DNA of 53,742 nucleotides, counting the filler, from Sphacelaria rigidula (Eukaryota), in NCBI GenBank assembly GCA_964200075.2. It is 4 parts of 4 records of this genome, joined end to end, with 100 filler letters (N's around TTAATTAATTAA, not from the genome) between each part and the next. Parts side by side here need not be neighbours in the genome. Positions count along the whole stretch, not along the records: positions 1 to 13,366 come from CAXNAA020002936.1; 3 more parts are not named here. One strand, written 5' to 3'. Position numbers and translations under genes: made by a program. Positions within the stretch are counted from its first letter, which is position 1, and each line of letters starts with the position of its first letter. Under the pieces are notes generated by a model. The model was not told where the DNA came from, made no database searches, and was given only the letters and a program-made list of their open reading frames with translations. Below are positions 1 to 12,091 of the stretch, in pieces.

Positions 1-218
1 CACCTTCCTTTTGCGGTGCTTGCCTTTATTTTTTATCGCGAGAGGGGTTCAGCAGTCCCATTCCCTCGTCGACTGTGAAGTCTAATTTTGTGTACCCATG
101 ACATAGTCGCTCTCCACTGTTGGGCACGGTGTAAGTAAAAATTCCAGATCGCTCCGAGAATTGAACCCTACAACTCAACCTCCATAAGGTTACGAGGTTA
201 CCAACTGAGCCACCGGGG
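1..218 (-). mobile_element. tRNA-derived SINE, 5' part (truncated by contig start)
   Basis: The minus strand reads CCCCGGTGGCTCAGTTGG (Pol III A-box) and then GGTTCAATTCTC (B-box, 156-167). Bases 1-120 are closely similar to 19184-19310, so this is a dispersed family. Confidence 0.75.
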
Positions 219-1672
219 TATAATATGTCGACACCCTGAGTGCGGGCATATCCTGCGTTACAAGCAGTGTAACGTGGCAACACCCTAGAATGTGGGCATG
301 TTGGGATTCGATATGTGCGTGGAGGCAGTTAAGACCGCTGTCGAAAGCTGGTACGCACACCCTTGATACAAAGGAGCGTGTGCCGGTGCGTAGACTGGTT
401 CGGCGACAAGGATGGAGGAGGAGTGGTCGTCGACGGACGGGTTAGGTCTGGTTGAGCCTCCTGGATGAGAAACTTACCACAGACCAGAATCAGAGTGCAT
501 CACGAAGGAGGAAGTGTTTCATCACGAAAGGAAGCAGAGGGGGCACTGTTTGGGGATCATGGACAACGGAGAGGATGGGCGAATGGTTCGTCCATGGACG
601 CTGGTGAGGACAGATGTGAGCGTCAGGATGTCAACTTCGAAAAGGACCTAGCAGCGGAGAAGAACCGAGCAGGCGGCTAATTTTCGTTGAGGGCGGGAGA
701 TTATTGTATGTTGGATTCTTGGTACAGTTGTTTGTTGTGGATACCACGTGAAGATGGTGTCCCATGTTTTCATGGTCAATAATAGGACACCCTGAACAGA
801 TTCTGTTTTTTGCTGATAGCGCTATGCCGTGTGAAGGCTAGACACGCCCTGTCTGTTGTGTTTCCATGATGATGCTACTGGACTAGAACCCGAGGGAGGT
901 CATAGTTCCTCGCTTTCCCTCCTCGTTGTCATCAGGTTGTCATTTTTTGTTCTTGATTTTTCGGATCTTCCTACCTAGCGTTGTTGAGTCTCCGGCGCGC
1001 AGGCTCTGTAGAGCATCTCTTTGAACAGCACTCCAGACAGTAAATCTATTTTGGGATTGGTCTCTGTTCTACGCGACAGTTTCGATTATCGGCTTACTCG
1101 CTGTAACTGCTCTGTGTATACACCAGTACGTGGCAAAGTAGTCGGAGAGGTCACACGTGGGGACTTCTTATATTCCAATACAAGTAGGCCTCCTGTAGTT
1201 CAATCCGTCTCACACGGATCTTTCGTCGTGTACGTGCCTTTTTTTTTCGTGTAGATTATTTTGTTTCTTGCCTTCCTCTGCGGGCTGTTTGGCTTACCGG
1301 TATATGGGCATGGGTGGTATGCTCCTTGCACTCTGTGACCACGGGTTCGAGAGATCGAGCTAATGTGACGGAAAAATAAATAATTATATTAATAATTCCG
1401 CATTCCCATCGTGGCCACGAGCACCCAACAAATAGTATTGCCATTTTTATGTAGGGTGTGGTAAGATTGTGAACAGAAAGTCCAGAAGTACAGGATTCCG
1501 ACGAAGTTGAAGCTACACACGAGACCTGGGCCTTTTTGTATATGTCTATTAATACTTCTACAGTAGAGTGCGGTACTCGTATGTCTTGACGTATGGTATA
1601 CCACGTATAAAAGGAAAATTGCACCTTCAACTCCATACTCGGTGCACCAAGGTCCCAGAACGGCTGATATGT

Positions 1673-3587
1673 TCATCGTGTTCGACGTATGCGTTTATTA
1701 CCCGCACCATATGCGCCGTTGGACTCGGCGCTGTAGTGTGAGGAAGGAACAGGTCTACGATAACTTCCGCTGAACAAGGTGCAGCATGCAGCTTTAAAAC
1801 GCTGACGACACTGTTGCAAATGGATCATAACGTTCGTTTCCCCGCACTTGCGAACATTCACCATTTGTCTTGCTAAAGTATCGCAGCGTCAACTTCAATT
1901 TGAATCACAATGTCCACCGATATGTTCCGCAGTACGGTACTGTACAACTGTTAAATTTAGTACTCCGAACACATGTTCGAAGAAAATACTCCAGAGTATT
2001 GAAACTTGAGTTGTGCAGGACCGGGGGCGATGTATGAGCGGTTAAGGCCCCATCCAAGAGGATTATGGTGTACCTCTCTCTGTGGTGATCCCGAGTATTG
2101 TGATGATGTTGCAAAATGTGACAAAGGATATGGAAGAGCACTCCTCGTACTGTTGTTGTACGTATATATGTAAGACGAACCTCACCTTGCGAGGTCGATA
2201 ATACCCTCAGCTCCTGCGGTGCCATCAGGCAATATGTCGAAGTGTTCAGGGCGGCGGTCTGTGTCCCTTGACGCGATCACCCTCACCAGGCTACCAGCCA
2301 GCGCATTGGACCGTCCTCTAGACCTCAAGGGATTTCTGCGGGGGGCAACAAAAAATATAGCAGACAAATCGGAATCCATATGTCGTATCCAGCCATTTAT
2401 TCGTGTCAAGCGGTCGGTAAAAAAGTCTTGGGCTTTTCGTTGATGCAAGTGAGGTTGCGGGTTGCGGGGCTATACAACATGCAGTACAACGGTAGTCTTT
2501 AGTAGTCGGTATGACGTACTTCGCAGTCAAGCCGCACCACCGATGCCCCAAAGATGAGACTACAACAGTACACTATAGACTACACAATCAGAACACCCGA
2601 ACAATGCAACCAGGCATAGCAGTCAGTAAGGTAAGATACAGCAGTCAAAACAACTAGAGTTTATTTCCGACAAAATCTTAGGTTTGCCTTTCGAACACCG
2701 CGACAAGGCAGACTAAACGGCGAAGCGCGTGCTACGATGTAGCGCATCGGATTACCAGAGACAGCAAAAAAACACGACACTGTAGAACTGTACAGTACAG
2801 CACCGCACGGACTGTACGCGTACTGTACCGCACATCAGTGCGACGCTATGGCAGGTTTCAAAATATGGATACAGTCTGTTTAGTCTGTTTGAATCCAAAA
2901 TTCAAATCACGGTTGAGGTGTGATGCGTCCCCGTCGCCGAAACAAACTATAGAGCGGAGAGCTTGCCCCCGTACTCACATTTGACTCCATCCTTTTGCAG
3001 ACAGAAATAGCTCAAAGAACAAAACCGTGGAACATAATAGCTCGTGCCTCCCTCGCATATCGTTCCACCAGCAGCACACAGTTGTCACAATATGGCGGAA
3101 GCGATGCCAGTTTCAGTTCTTCAGTCGGCTGTGTGCACCTGTTAGCTCACAGCCGACAGATTCGAGATGCACTCTGTACCTCCGCCAGCTAATGTTTGAC
3201 GCTCTGCTCCTGCCGCTGGTACTGTCTGCTGCTGGCTCACAATACAAGCGAAAGCGGAGCTTCACCACAGATGTAGCTACGCAAGACAGGTCTGTAGCTT
3301 CACAGTCAGCTTGCCAGACGCAGGAGCTTGGCACACGCACAGTACAACAGTTTAGATGATTATGACTGTGTTTTTTTGTACCGTAGCTGGATTGTGCTTC
3401 GTGACGTACCCTCCCTTGTTTTGACATCGGTAAGTGTTCTCCGACACACTGATACGTCATTATCCAGGAAAGTACCCCACGACCACTGTCATCTTCTTCC
3501 CACGTATCTTGTACTGTACCCTCGTTGTGCTGCCAGTCTGTTCTTCGAGGCCCGAGTGGGGTCGATTTTCATCAGGTCGATTCCCAT
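1673..3587 (-). CDS. Possible small 3-exon gene of unknown function (~91 aa), divergent from the TMEM260-like gene
   Basis: Phase-compatible GT-AG exons at 3587-3520, 2335-2186 and 1730-1673 give MGIDLMKIDPTRASKNRLAAQRGNPLRSRG...GIIDLASAESNGAYGAGNKRIRRTR*. The middle exon has strong splice sites (ccgcag/ and /gtgag). No domain recognised, and exon 1 is a guess. Confidence 0.3.
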
Positions 3588-3780
3588 CAAGTGTAACTAT
3601 TTGAATCCTTCTGGTGGCGTAGGTGAGGGTGAGAAGATTTGCCGTCAGCGAGGTTGCTTTTTCAGGGTGTGAAGACCAGGGGGAACTTCCCGTTTCTGCA
3701 CGTCTCATCAATTAAATGTAGAGATGCAGAAGATACCGATTTGGCCCTAGGGTCGTCCTTTTGTCTTTTACTTGTCCGAC

Positions 3781-6700
3781 ATGACGAAGAAGAGGGTCAA
3801 AGACCTCGCTCGGGACACCAACATTACCAAATCACCGTCAACTGTGCGATGTGGTATGAGACATGCAGCATTGTTCGGGTGCGTCGAGATTGTATATGTG
3901 TGCACGGTGCATCCTTCCGTCACCGGAGGTGATGCGGGAGAGCTCTTGGCGGAGGCATGCCACTTTGGAGTGCCACATCCACCAGGTGCGGGATAGGGAG
4001 ATAGGGCTATGGATAGAGTTTAACCGTTGATTTTTTTCACAACAGTAGTATACTTTATACAGGAGCTACTGTTTGGGAGGGTGTTCATGATGATGGGAGC
4101 TCGAAGCGTTTTCGTAACACGGTGAGATAGGGAATGGAGGTCGCGAATGTGGCCCAATCTTCTCCATCATGACTGTCTCGGTTTCCCCACTTTCTCCTGT
4201 GAAAAAACACAGCACCGAGAAGTGCACACAGACAACACTGCGCGCAAAGTGGGAAAAATGCCCAACACAGCTTTTGGAATGGATCTGAGCGATAGCACCC
4301 GTTTGACGTGTGTACCCTGATCCACGGTTCTTTTGTACCGTACAGCACATTGGCGAAAGCGAGAACAACTGTTGGGCACAAGCGTGCCCGCGTTTGGGAT
4401 CCACAAAACCACCAAGGGCACGAAAGTTGAGATGTGGTAGTTTGGGAGGGGGGCGGGGGGAGGCGCGGGGGGGGGAGTTACCCACGATCTTGCATGCCGT
4501 AGTCATGTGACCGTTGGCCTCGTACCCCTACAAAGCCGACGGAGCACGCCGGGTTTTTGCCGGATCAGGCTCGCAATCAATCACCAAGCGCGAAGCACCG
4601 TGATGTGTTCGGCGAATCGCATAAAGAGCTGCATCCTGCCAAGATTGTTCGGCCCGAGGCGTACTGATTACCCTGCCTTTGGATGACGGCCTACAATGAG
4701 TTGCTTCATTTTCTACCATCGCCACTTGGTAGTTTGGTGGGAGGAGGGGGGGGCGAGGGGGGTGAGGGTGATATTTTGCCGTGCCCCCTCAAGGGTCTGA
4801 AGCTATTCTCCAGAACGTAGAGGGGATACCAACCCCCAACCCCACCCCAAAGCCTTATGGAGATGAGGGTGTCCGAGCGCGCCAGTTCATCATTAGAAAT
4901 TTCACCGTTAAAGCGTTCGAGGATGAAGGAGCGGATCAAGTAGCCTCGCCAGCAGCATTAGAAGACCGTCTGCCGTATGTCTGGGGAAGCAGCTATTGGG
5001 AACCACAATTAAAGGGCAGGAACTCAAACCCATAAGCTCTCCACGAGTAACACACGGACGGCGTCTGATAATCCAATTCGTGATCCAATACGATTCATTC
5101 ATGAGTACGGCGTATACTGTAGGATTCATTCTGGACCCACACACTAGATCACGCTTCCCTCTATCCTCTTCGTGCCGTTTCCATTTATTTCTTTTTCTCC
5201 AAAACAGTGCAACCCCCTGCGGCAGGTCGTTTCTTACGTTCTAATTTATGGGTACTATAGACCCAGGGTTGACACTTTCACGCCACGGAAGTAGGCGGCA
5301 CACAGGACTATGCAAAGAGACGTAAGAAGTACATACGTCAACAGAGAGATGGACTGATGCAGTTCCTGATATATGCAACTCTTGAGTGCCCCAGAGGATT
5401 AAGCTCGTCCCGCCGGAGGAGGAGCGTGTCAGAAGTTCCAGTCTACCGGCATCCTCGCTAGGCACGTTGTGGTTGTATCTTTGGTGGGGTAACGCCTCTC
5501 TGGGATCGATATCTGCCCTAAAATAATTGTTGGTGAGGATGAAAACTCTCGAGATTTTCCCAACGCAGATAGATACACATAGGTATGCCACATTTTTGTT
5601 CTGTCTCAGAAATACCTCAATTAATGTCTCGAAACAGGTAAAAGTAACGCCGTTGTACTTTTTTCGACACAACGAAAGAGCACAATGAAATGGTACTGGC
5701 GAAAATCCTATGAAAAAGGCGTTTGAACAATACACAGGTGGCTAGAGGGGGGCCTTGATGCGGATGTTGCAACGTCCAACGTGTTGATGTAGTGAGTAAT
5801 CTCTGTACAACGTACCAAAACCTTCACATCCTGTACAATTACGATTAATGACTAGTTGCGTGCAAAATTATTATCGAATGCAAGTGCAGATGCTATGGAA
5901 CTAGTTGTCTACCGATAACTATTGAACAAGAAACCTGTGCAACTCGTCATGTGTAGACAATTACTGAATAAAAATGGTCGGCAGGTAGTCCCCTGTAGAC
6001 AACTGTCACAAGAGGAACTTGTGTAACTAGTTACCCGAAGGAAACTACCAGAACGAAATGTTAGGCGACTGGTAGTCTGTGGACGACTACACGATAAAAA
6101 TCTTTGGGAAGTAGTCATCTGTAGACAAGTGTAGGGTGAAAAGGCGGTGCAACGTAGTTGCTTGCAGACGACTCTCGAATAAGGAACGTGTACAACTGGT
6201 CGCCTGCAAACGACTACTGGGTGAATATTGAGGCACCTGGTCGCCCGTTGATAACTGCTGGATGAAAGCATTAAGCAACTAGTCGCCTGTAGACGACTGC
6301 TATTAAAATAAATGTGCGATTAGTTGCCCGTAGATGACTATGGGGTCAATTAATAAGCGAGGTGCTGCATCCCACCATATATAGTAAATAGCAGCCAAGA
6401 GCCTGTTACGGGAAAACGTTACAGAACGGGAATTTCCGTCTCCTCGAAGGTCACGAAACGATACGGGAGGTACGGGACCATTCTCCTGCGCTATAAAGTG
6501 ACGGGATTGGATAAACGCGGTTCCGCAAAATGATGAAACGAAACACAACGATGGGACGGAACAAGAACGGCTTCCCGTCACCAATCATACGACGGGACGG
6601 GACGGGCATTCCTGTCCCGTCTCGTCCCCACGGAAACGTTACGGTGATATTTTCCCGTCTCGTCTCGTTCTCACGGGAAAATGTGTGTAACCCCTCAGAA

Positions 6701-9700
6701 ACGAACGCGATGAGACGATGAATTATTGAAGGGAGACTTGGACACGTTCATAAAGAAACCATTATCAGTTTTTGGGTACAGCATCCGACGATAGCGGTTG
6801 GATCGACTCGTAGCAGCGACGGGAAACACTGGTCACTGCTCGCGTCCCGTCCCGATTCGAAGTCCCGCGACAGGCCCTGGTTACGATAACCGTGACCGTT
6901 TACCCTCTCGTGTGAAATGTAAAACGTGGGCAATGGAAGGGAACGGAGGCTGAAAATACAATAAAAGCGTGATCCCACGTCCCACACGTGCGAAGATGCG
7001 AGTTCCCGTTTCGTTGACAAGAATTCCCCCCCAATCTACGTAAGACATATCGGCAATTTTTTCATGAGGACACAACAGGACAGGGGCGTTCTCCCGTTGC
7101 ATTCGGATGAGACGGGAACGTTTCCCCGTCGCCAGAGAATAACGAGACGGGACAAGAACGTTTCCCCGTCGCCAGAAACATGACAGGACGGAGCGGGGAT
7201 ATTTTCCAGTTGTCAAAAAAATGACGGGACGGAACGGGACCATTTTTCCGTCGCCAAAACAAGGCAGAATAGGTATTCCGGTCCCATGCGATTTCCCGTG
7301 AGAGTTTTACCCGTAAGAAGCCCTAGAATAACCCGAAATGCGTCAGTGGACATCCTTGGTAAAAGGGAAACACCTTCCTCACAGAAATTGCGTGTTGTAC
7401 AAAGTAGACCCGTTCCGTTTTCTTCTTCTATGGCAAAAGGTATGGGCTTGAGGTAACGAAAATATTCTTAGTCTTTTAGGTTCCGCCGCGGTGCACACCC
7501 GCTCGCCGTTTGCCGTTCTTCGCTAAAACGGAGACACTATTAGAACGCCATTATGCAAACCCTACTGTGCAGCAGCGCTGGCCAGTTATCATCGGAACTG
7601 ATATGCACATGGTTTGGTCACACTTGCCATGACTTCAGACTTACATGTCTTTCCAAAACAGGCACTAAGTACACGAGTATATCGATTGACGCGGGAGGTT
7701 TGGGTACAGCCCCAGCTCCTTACGAAGAAACAGGATATATAATAAAAAAAATCAGCGCTATTTGCTATTTGCGGTTTAAGAGATAACCAACTAGATTACT
7801 GACCAGTCAGTGCTGACTGGTCAGTAATCTAGTTGGTTGTCTCTTTAACCGTCACAGGCTGCACATCGCCAGCTGAGCTGATGTGCCCCTGCTGCAGTAC
7901 GTGGCTGGCTGCCGACACACCTGCAAAACTTGTGGCACCTTTTACATCCCTCTCTGGCGTTGTTCACGATACTCTCTCGCAGGCTATCCACTTTTTACGC
8001 TCCTCCACTACATGCTGAATTGCGCACTGAGCGCGGGTGGCGTACGGGCTTTACCGATTGGAGCTCCGCCCACGGAGTGCTTGGACAGCACTCCTGGCAC
8101 ACAAGCACTCGCCGCAAATTTACTCTCCTGCTGTCTGGGTGCGACAACTGCAGTTTTGATAGCGGTGGCCATAGAGGAGTGGACAATCGGATCGAAAACG
8201 GCATACAACCGTGGGGCTGCTGCCGCTGGCGCCCTTCTTTTTTGCTTCAGCCCACTGGCGTGGGAATTCAGTACGGGGGCCGAGGTTTTCGCACTGAATA
8301 ACCTCCTCGTCTCTCTAGCGCTAGTTATCGCTGCCCGGGCCGCGAACAGCCCGAAAGTGCGCGAGGCGCGGATTGGGGCAGTGGTACGTGCTGGATAGAA
8401 CTATGGGTGATTTGACGCCATGACTATTGGTACTGGTAGGTAGTGGTTGCTTCCAGATCGGGGGGTCAGACTATATTCCAGCCTTTGAGACAAGGGTGCG
8501 CATCTGATTAATATCTTCCAAAAACAAGTCGAGAATTAGCTTCTCATCGTGGACTACCGTGGCTTATAACGCCCCCGTAAGTCATCCAGTTGGCGACAGG
8601 GTGGCATACACGCTGCAGTCGACTGTGTTTTCACGAAGCACCGCTAAGTCAGGACAGAACACTCTTGCAATGAGTGCTTGCCGCATGACCACCTGCTAAA
8701 TAGTTTCATCCATGCATTGCGTTGGACCAACCTCCCCGCTTGTTGATAGGTATTGGGGCTTGCCGTGGCGAATCAGCACTCTGCCGTGGTTGTACTGGGG
8801 CCATTGGCACTACTGGTGCTCTACAGTCTCAGCCACACACGTCTACTATCCTGGCGCACTGTGGCTTCGTGGGGAGCGGTTTGGCTTCCGCTTGGGCTGT
8901 CCCCATATTGGTATCTCGTGTTTTCCGCTCAAACTCCAACTGAAGGCTCTTGGGGAGACCTGTCTTCGATTCGGGGATTTGCGAGGCATTTCCTTCGGCA
9001 AGAGTATGGCACGATGAAGCTTGGAATGACCGCACCGAACGCTGCCGGCTCGTTGGACCGCATTCGGGAGTACGTCTGGGATACCTTCCAGCAGACTACA
9101 AAAGCGGGGCCAGTTTTGGCAGTGCTTGGAGTTGCATGGGCGCTTTTCGGTCCGGTGTCCGCCAACAGCAAGGGGTCTCCCCAAATGAATACGATGCACC
9201 TCTTTGGAGCGGGCTTGACTGCCGCTTGGGGGTCGTATGTGGTAGTCTGGCACGCTGTTTTTTCTAACATTTCTCTGGAACACCCCATGAGTCGAGCGGT
9301 CCACTCGCGATTCTGGATACAGCCCAACATTCTCCTTTGCGTCGCGGCGGGGGCAGGTATTGGTGTTGTCATGAACAGCAGCATCGCCCTTTGTTGGCGA
9401 TGCTGGCCTCGCTCTATCAGGCCAAAGCAACAACGGTTTGGGGTCGTTGCGTCCCTTCTGCTCACTGTGTTCGTGGGAGCGGCGGTGATATGGCCGCAAC
9501 GGAACGTTGTGAACCGAGGGATGTGGAGCAGCGATTCCGCGGGGTGGACAATGCATCTGTATGGCCAGGTGGGTGTGCTTCTCCTCAAACCAATTGACTT
9601 GCGGCGTGGTGGCTCGTAATAATTGTTGATCGGTGCTATAGGCAAGCGGTGTGTCAATGTTCTACGCAGTGCACACGTGCGCATTGGCTTTGATTTTCTC

Positions 9701-11751
9701 CAGCGTAAGTACAACATACATTGCGGCTTGTCTGATCACGATCACTCACATGCTATCATCGCTTTCCATTGTCGCAGGCCATGCTGTCTTCGATGCCTCC
9801 TAGGGCCATTCTGTTGTCCCACACGGATTTGGACCTAAACGCTGCTCGATACCTGAGACGTGAGTACGACCGTAATTGCGAACGACCAGTCCGACTACCT
9901 AATACCTGGTGCTTCTCCTCGGAATGATGGCTTTGCACTTTCATGTGATCTTCTGACGGCGGCGTGTAGGATGGGTAAGGTCAACTGCAGAAGGAGTCCT
10001 TCAGCCGATATCGACATTTTGTTCTCATCTCCGTATCTCTCGCCACGTGCTTCGCCTATTTTTTTGCCCACGTCTCTGAACAATCTCTCAATATATCCAG
10101 TGTGTGAAAGGCTTCGAACAGACGTCACCCAAATTAGCCTTCAGATGATGCCCTATGAGTGGTGGGAGACGGTCCAAGTTGACCTGCATCAGGGTATCAT
10201 ATTCCCACCCATCCTCCCCGGCGTATCCACAAGACGAGACAGCGAAGGCAACGCAGTCCTGGTTGGTCGATTTCTCGCCGCCAATCTTCCACTAGGACGC
10301 CCGATATTTTTGGACATGCAGGCTGTAGATGAAACGGAAATAGGCACTGTGGGAGAATGGCGAGGGTTTAGTTTGGTTCCCCATGGTCTCACGTACCGCG
10401 TTCTGCCGAGGATGTCGCCATACGAAAGCGAATGCTGGCACAAGGAGGTGGTGCTGCAGATCGAAAGGTGCGCTGACTCTGTAGTGCCGACAAAATTGAG
10501 GGATAGAGGCCCACCTAAGTCATGTGCAAGAGCAGATCGTAAGGAAGCTCTAGACGCTCTGACTATTGACGGACACTCCGGTATCTTGCCGCGTCACTGC
10601 AAGTAGCATAGTTGTCGCCCAACAGATACCCGATACGCGAGACCTGTCGCATTCATGCTGGCATCAGAGCGACGTTATTCTGGGCAACTACCTTAGCCGG
10701 AACGAACTTGCGCCCCACAGACTGGAAGCTTGCATTTCACCTGCGCCGACCGAGATATATCCTCCTGGCACGTGGGAGTTCGCTGCCAGTAGCGTGTACT
10801 GGGATGCTCACTACCAGGCGGCTCTATTTTTTCTGTCCTACGCCATAGCTGTGTCGGGAAATGCTGCAAAGGCGGGACAGCGACCGAATATCCTGCCTGC
10901 CATCCGACAGGTGCGCGATCTGAACTACCGCTGCATGACTGCCGCTCGCATGCTACATGTATTTTTTGCCGTAGCGGTCGCTCTTCGTAATCGTCTTGTG
11001 GCATAGCCCGAGTAAAACACCCCCATGATAGCCAAAAGGCTGGCGTATCGTAGGAGTACCCTGCCATTCTCAACTAATGTGGTCTTGACTTTCTGTCGAC
11101 ATCGTACTTGAGTCTCGAGCTACCAAGTGTCGTCAAACGTTGGTCTATTAATAGTTCCTGGTTTTTTCTTGGCCTTGCGAGTTAGTTACCGCATGACTTT
11201 CACAGTGTGAACCACCGGTCAAGTGACGTGATTTCAATAGGGAGCAATAACAATAAGGGCTGGCGTCTTCCTACTATGATGAACATTCGCGCGGTATAGA
11301 GCACAGTGATTTCTACACAACCAGGCGCTTGTACCCACGACAAAGTTGACCACCTGGTTTGTTTTGTCTGCTCCTGCCAACATGCATCATTCTCCGTGAA
11401 TACGAATCACCGCAGGCCTCGCATCTACTCCTACACACGCTAGAAGCTGCAGATGCGCACGGCACGTTTTCCTCGCCTCGTGCAGACCTTCTCAAGAACA
11501 CCGTCTTGGCACAGATTCGGCTGTACTACGCTCTCAGGGTAGCGCTGGCACTCGCCAGCAAAAACGACCTCAGTGTGCTCCGACGCGTCGATGAGCCCAT
11601 ACCCGCGGCAATGGAGAGCATGGTGACGGAAATGATGTGGGCTAAGGAACAGTGTCTCCTGCTTATCCCACGGTTTCTGTTAGAGTCCGAAGATGATAGA
11701 GATGCCGAGGTTTTTGGCAAGGAATATATCCGACTCCGGGGGGAAGGGTAG
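3781..11751 (+). CDS. TMEM260: TMEM260-like / DUF2723 membrane GT-C protein (putative protein O-mannosyltransferase), 7 exons, ~799 aa
   Basis: Exons at 3781-3985, 7983-8383, 8750-9568, 9778-9859, 10101-10467, 10721-10910 and 11416-11751, all GT-AG and in phase. The DUF2723 signature YVCTVHPSVTGGDAGEL..GVPHPP/GYPLF is split by intron 1. Also AEVFALNN, GLAVANQHS, SWGD..HFLRQEYGT, RFWIQP, RYLRLCERLRTDV, and many hydrophobic helices. Confidence 0.88.
5897..6345. repeat. Degenerate 42-bp tandem array, ~11 units (TMEM260 intron 1)
   Basis: A core like CAACTAGTCGCCTGTAGACGACT recurs near 5897, 5939, 5981, 6023, 6065, 6108, 6149, 6192, 6233, 6276 and 6318. Confidence 0.75.
6397..7325. mobile_element. 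Non-autonomous hAT-like element with dense ACGGGA/TCCCGT subterminal motifs
   Basis: Imperfect TIR AAGAGCCTGTTACGGGAAAAC versus (rc) TAGGGCTTCTTACGGGTAAAAC. Dozens of ACGGG/CCCGT motifs cluster near both ends. No clear TSD and no transposase ORF. Confidence 0.65.
7772..7851. repeat. Near-perfect 80-bp palindrome (39-bp arms, 2-nt loop); possibly a collapsed TTAA-site MITE
   Basis: The arm CGGTTTAAGAGATAACCAACTAGATTACTGACCAGTCAG (7772-7810) matches the rc of 7813-7851 at 37/39. TTAA occurs at 7776-7779 and 7845-7848. Confidence 0.85.
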
Positions 11752-12091
11752 TGTAGACGCTGAAAGATTAGCAACGCGCTCGTACAGTACGTGGAGTTCT
11801 CTACATGTAGGAGACAAGCTTTACATATTTGTGTCAATCCCGTGTCATATGTTTAGACCGGCACTCGTATTCAAAGGGGATTAAAACAATGCATGCCGTA
11901 GCAACTGGTTGAGCCGCCGATCAGTGATTGAAATATATCGAACTTACAAACGCATATTTTATCGTGCATGACAATTTGTACAGTAATTAACCGCCTGGAA
12001 GCCTGCCCCATGCGGCAACGCATAGGATATGAAGCAATCACATAGTACATCTCAAGCAATGGCCATACGTTCATCCAACCGTCAGTACCGA

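Noticed and set aside
140..218. Functional tRNA gene
   Set aside because: A and B boxes are present, but there is no convincing cloverleaf and it is fused to a dispersed repeat body, so it is a SINE head.
300..1250. Decayed LINE 3' end
   Set aside because: The composition is suggestive, but no RT or endonuclease motif could be read, so it is not supportable.
5897..6345. CRISPR array
   Set aside because: The repeats are highly degenerate, the linkers are only ~15 bp and partly similar to each other, there are no cas genes, and the context is a eukaryotic intron.
8846..9717. Long minus-strand ORFs (236 and 262 aa)
   Set aside because: They are antisense shadows of TMEM260-like exon 3.
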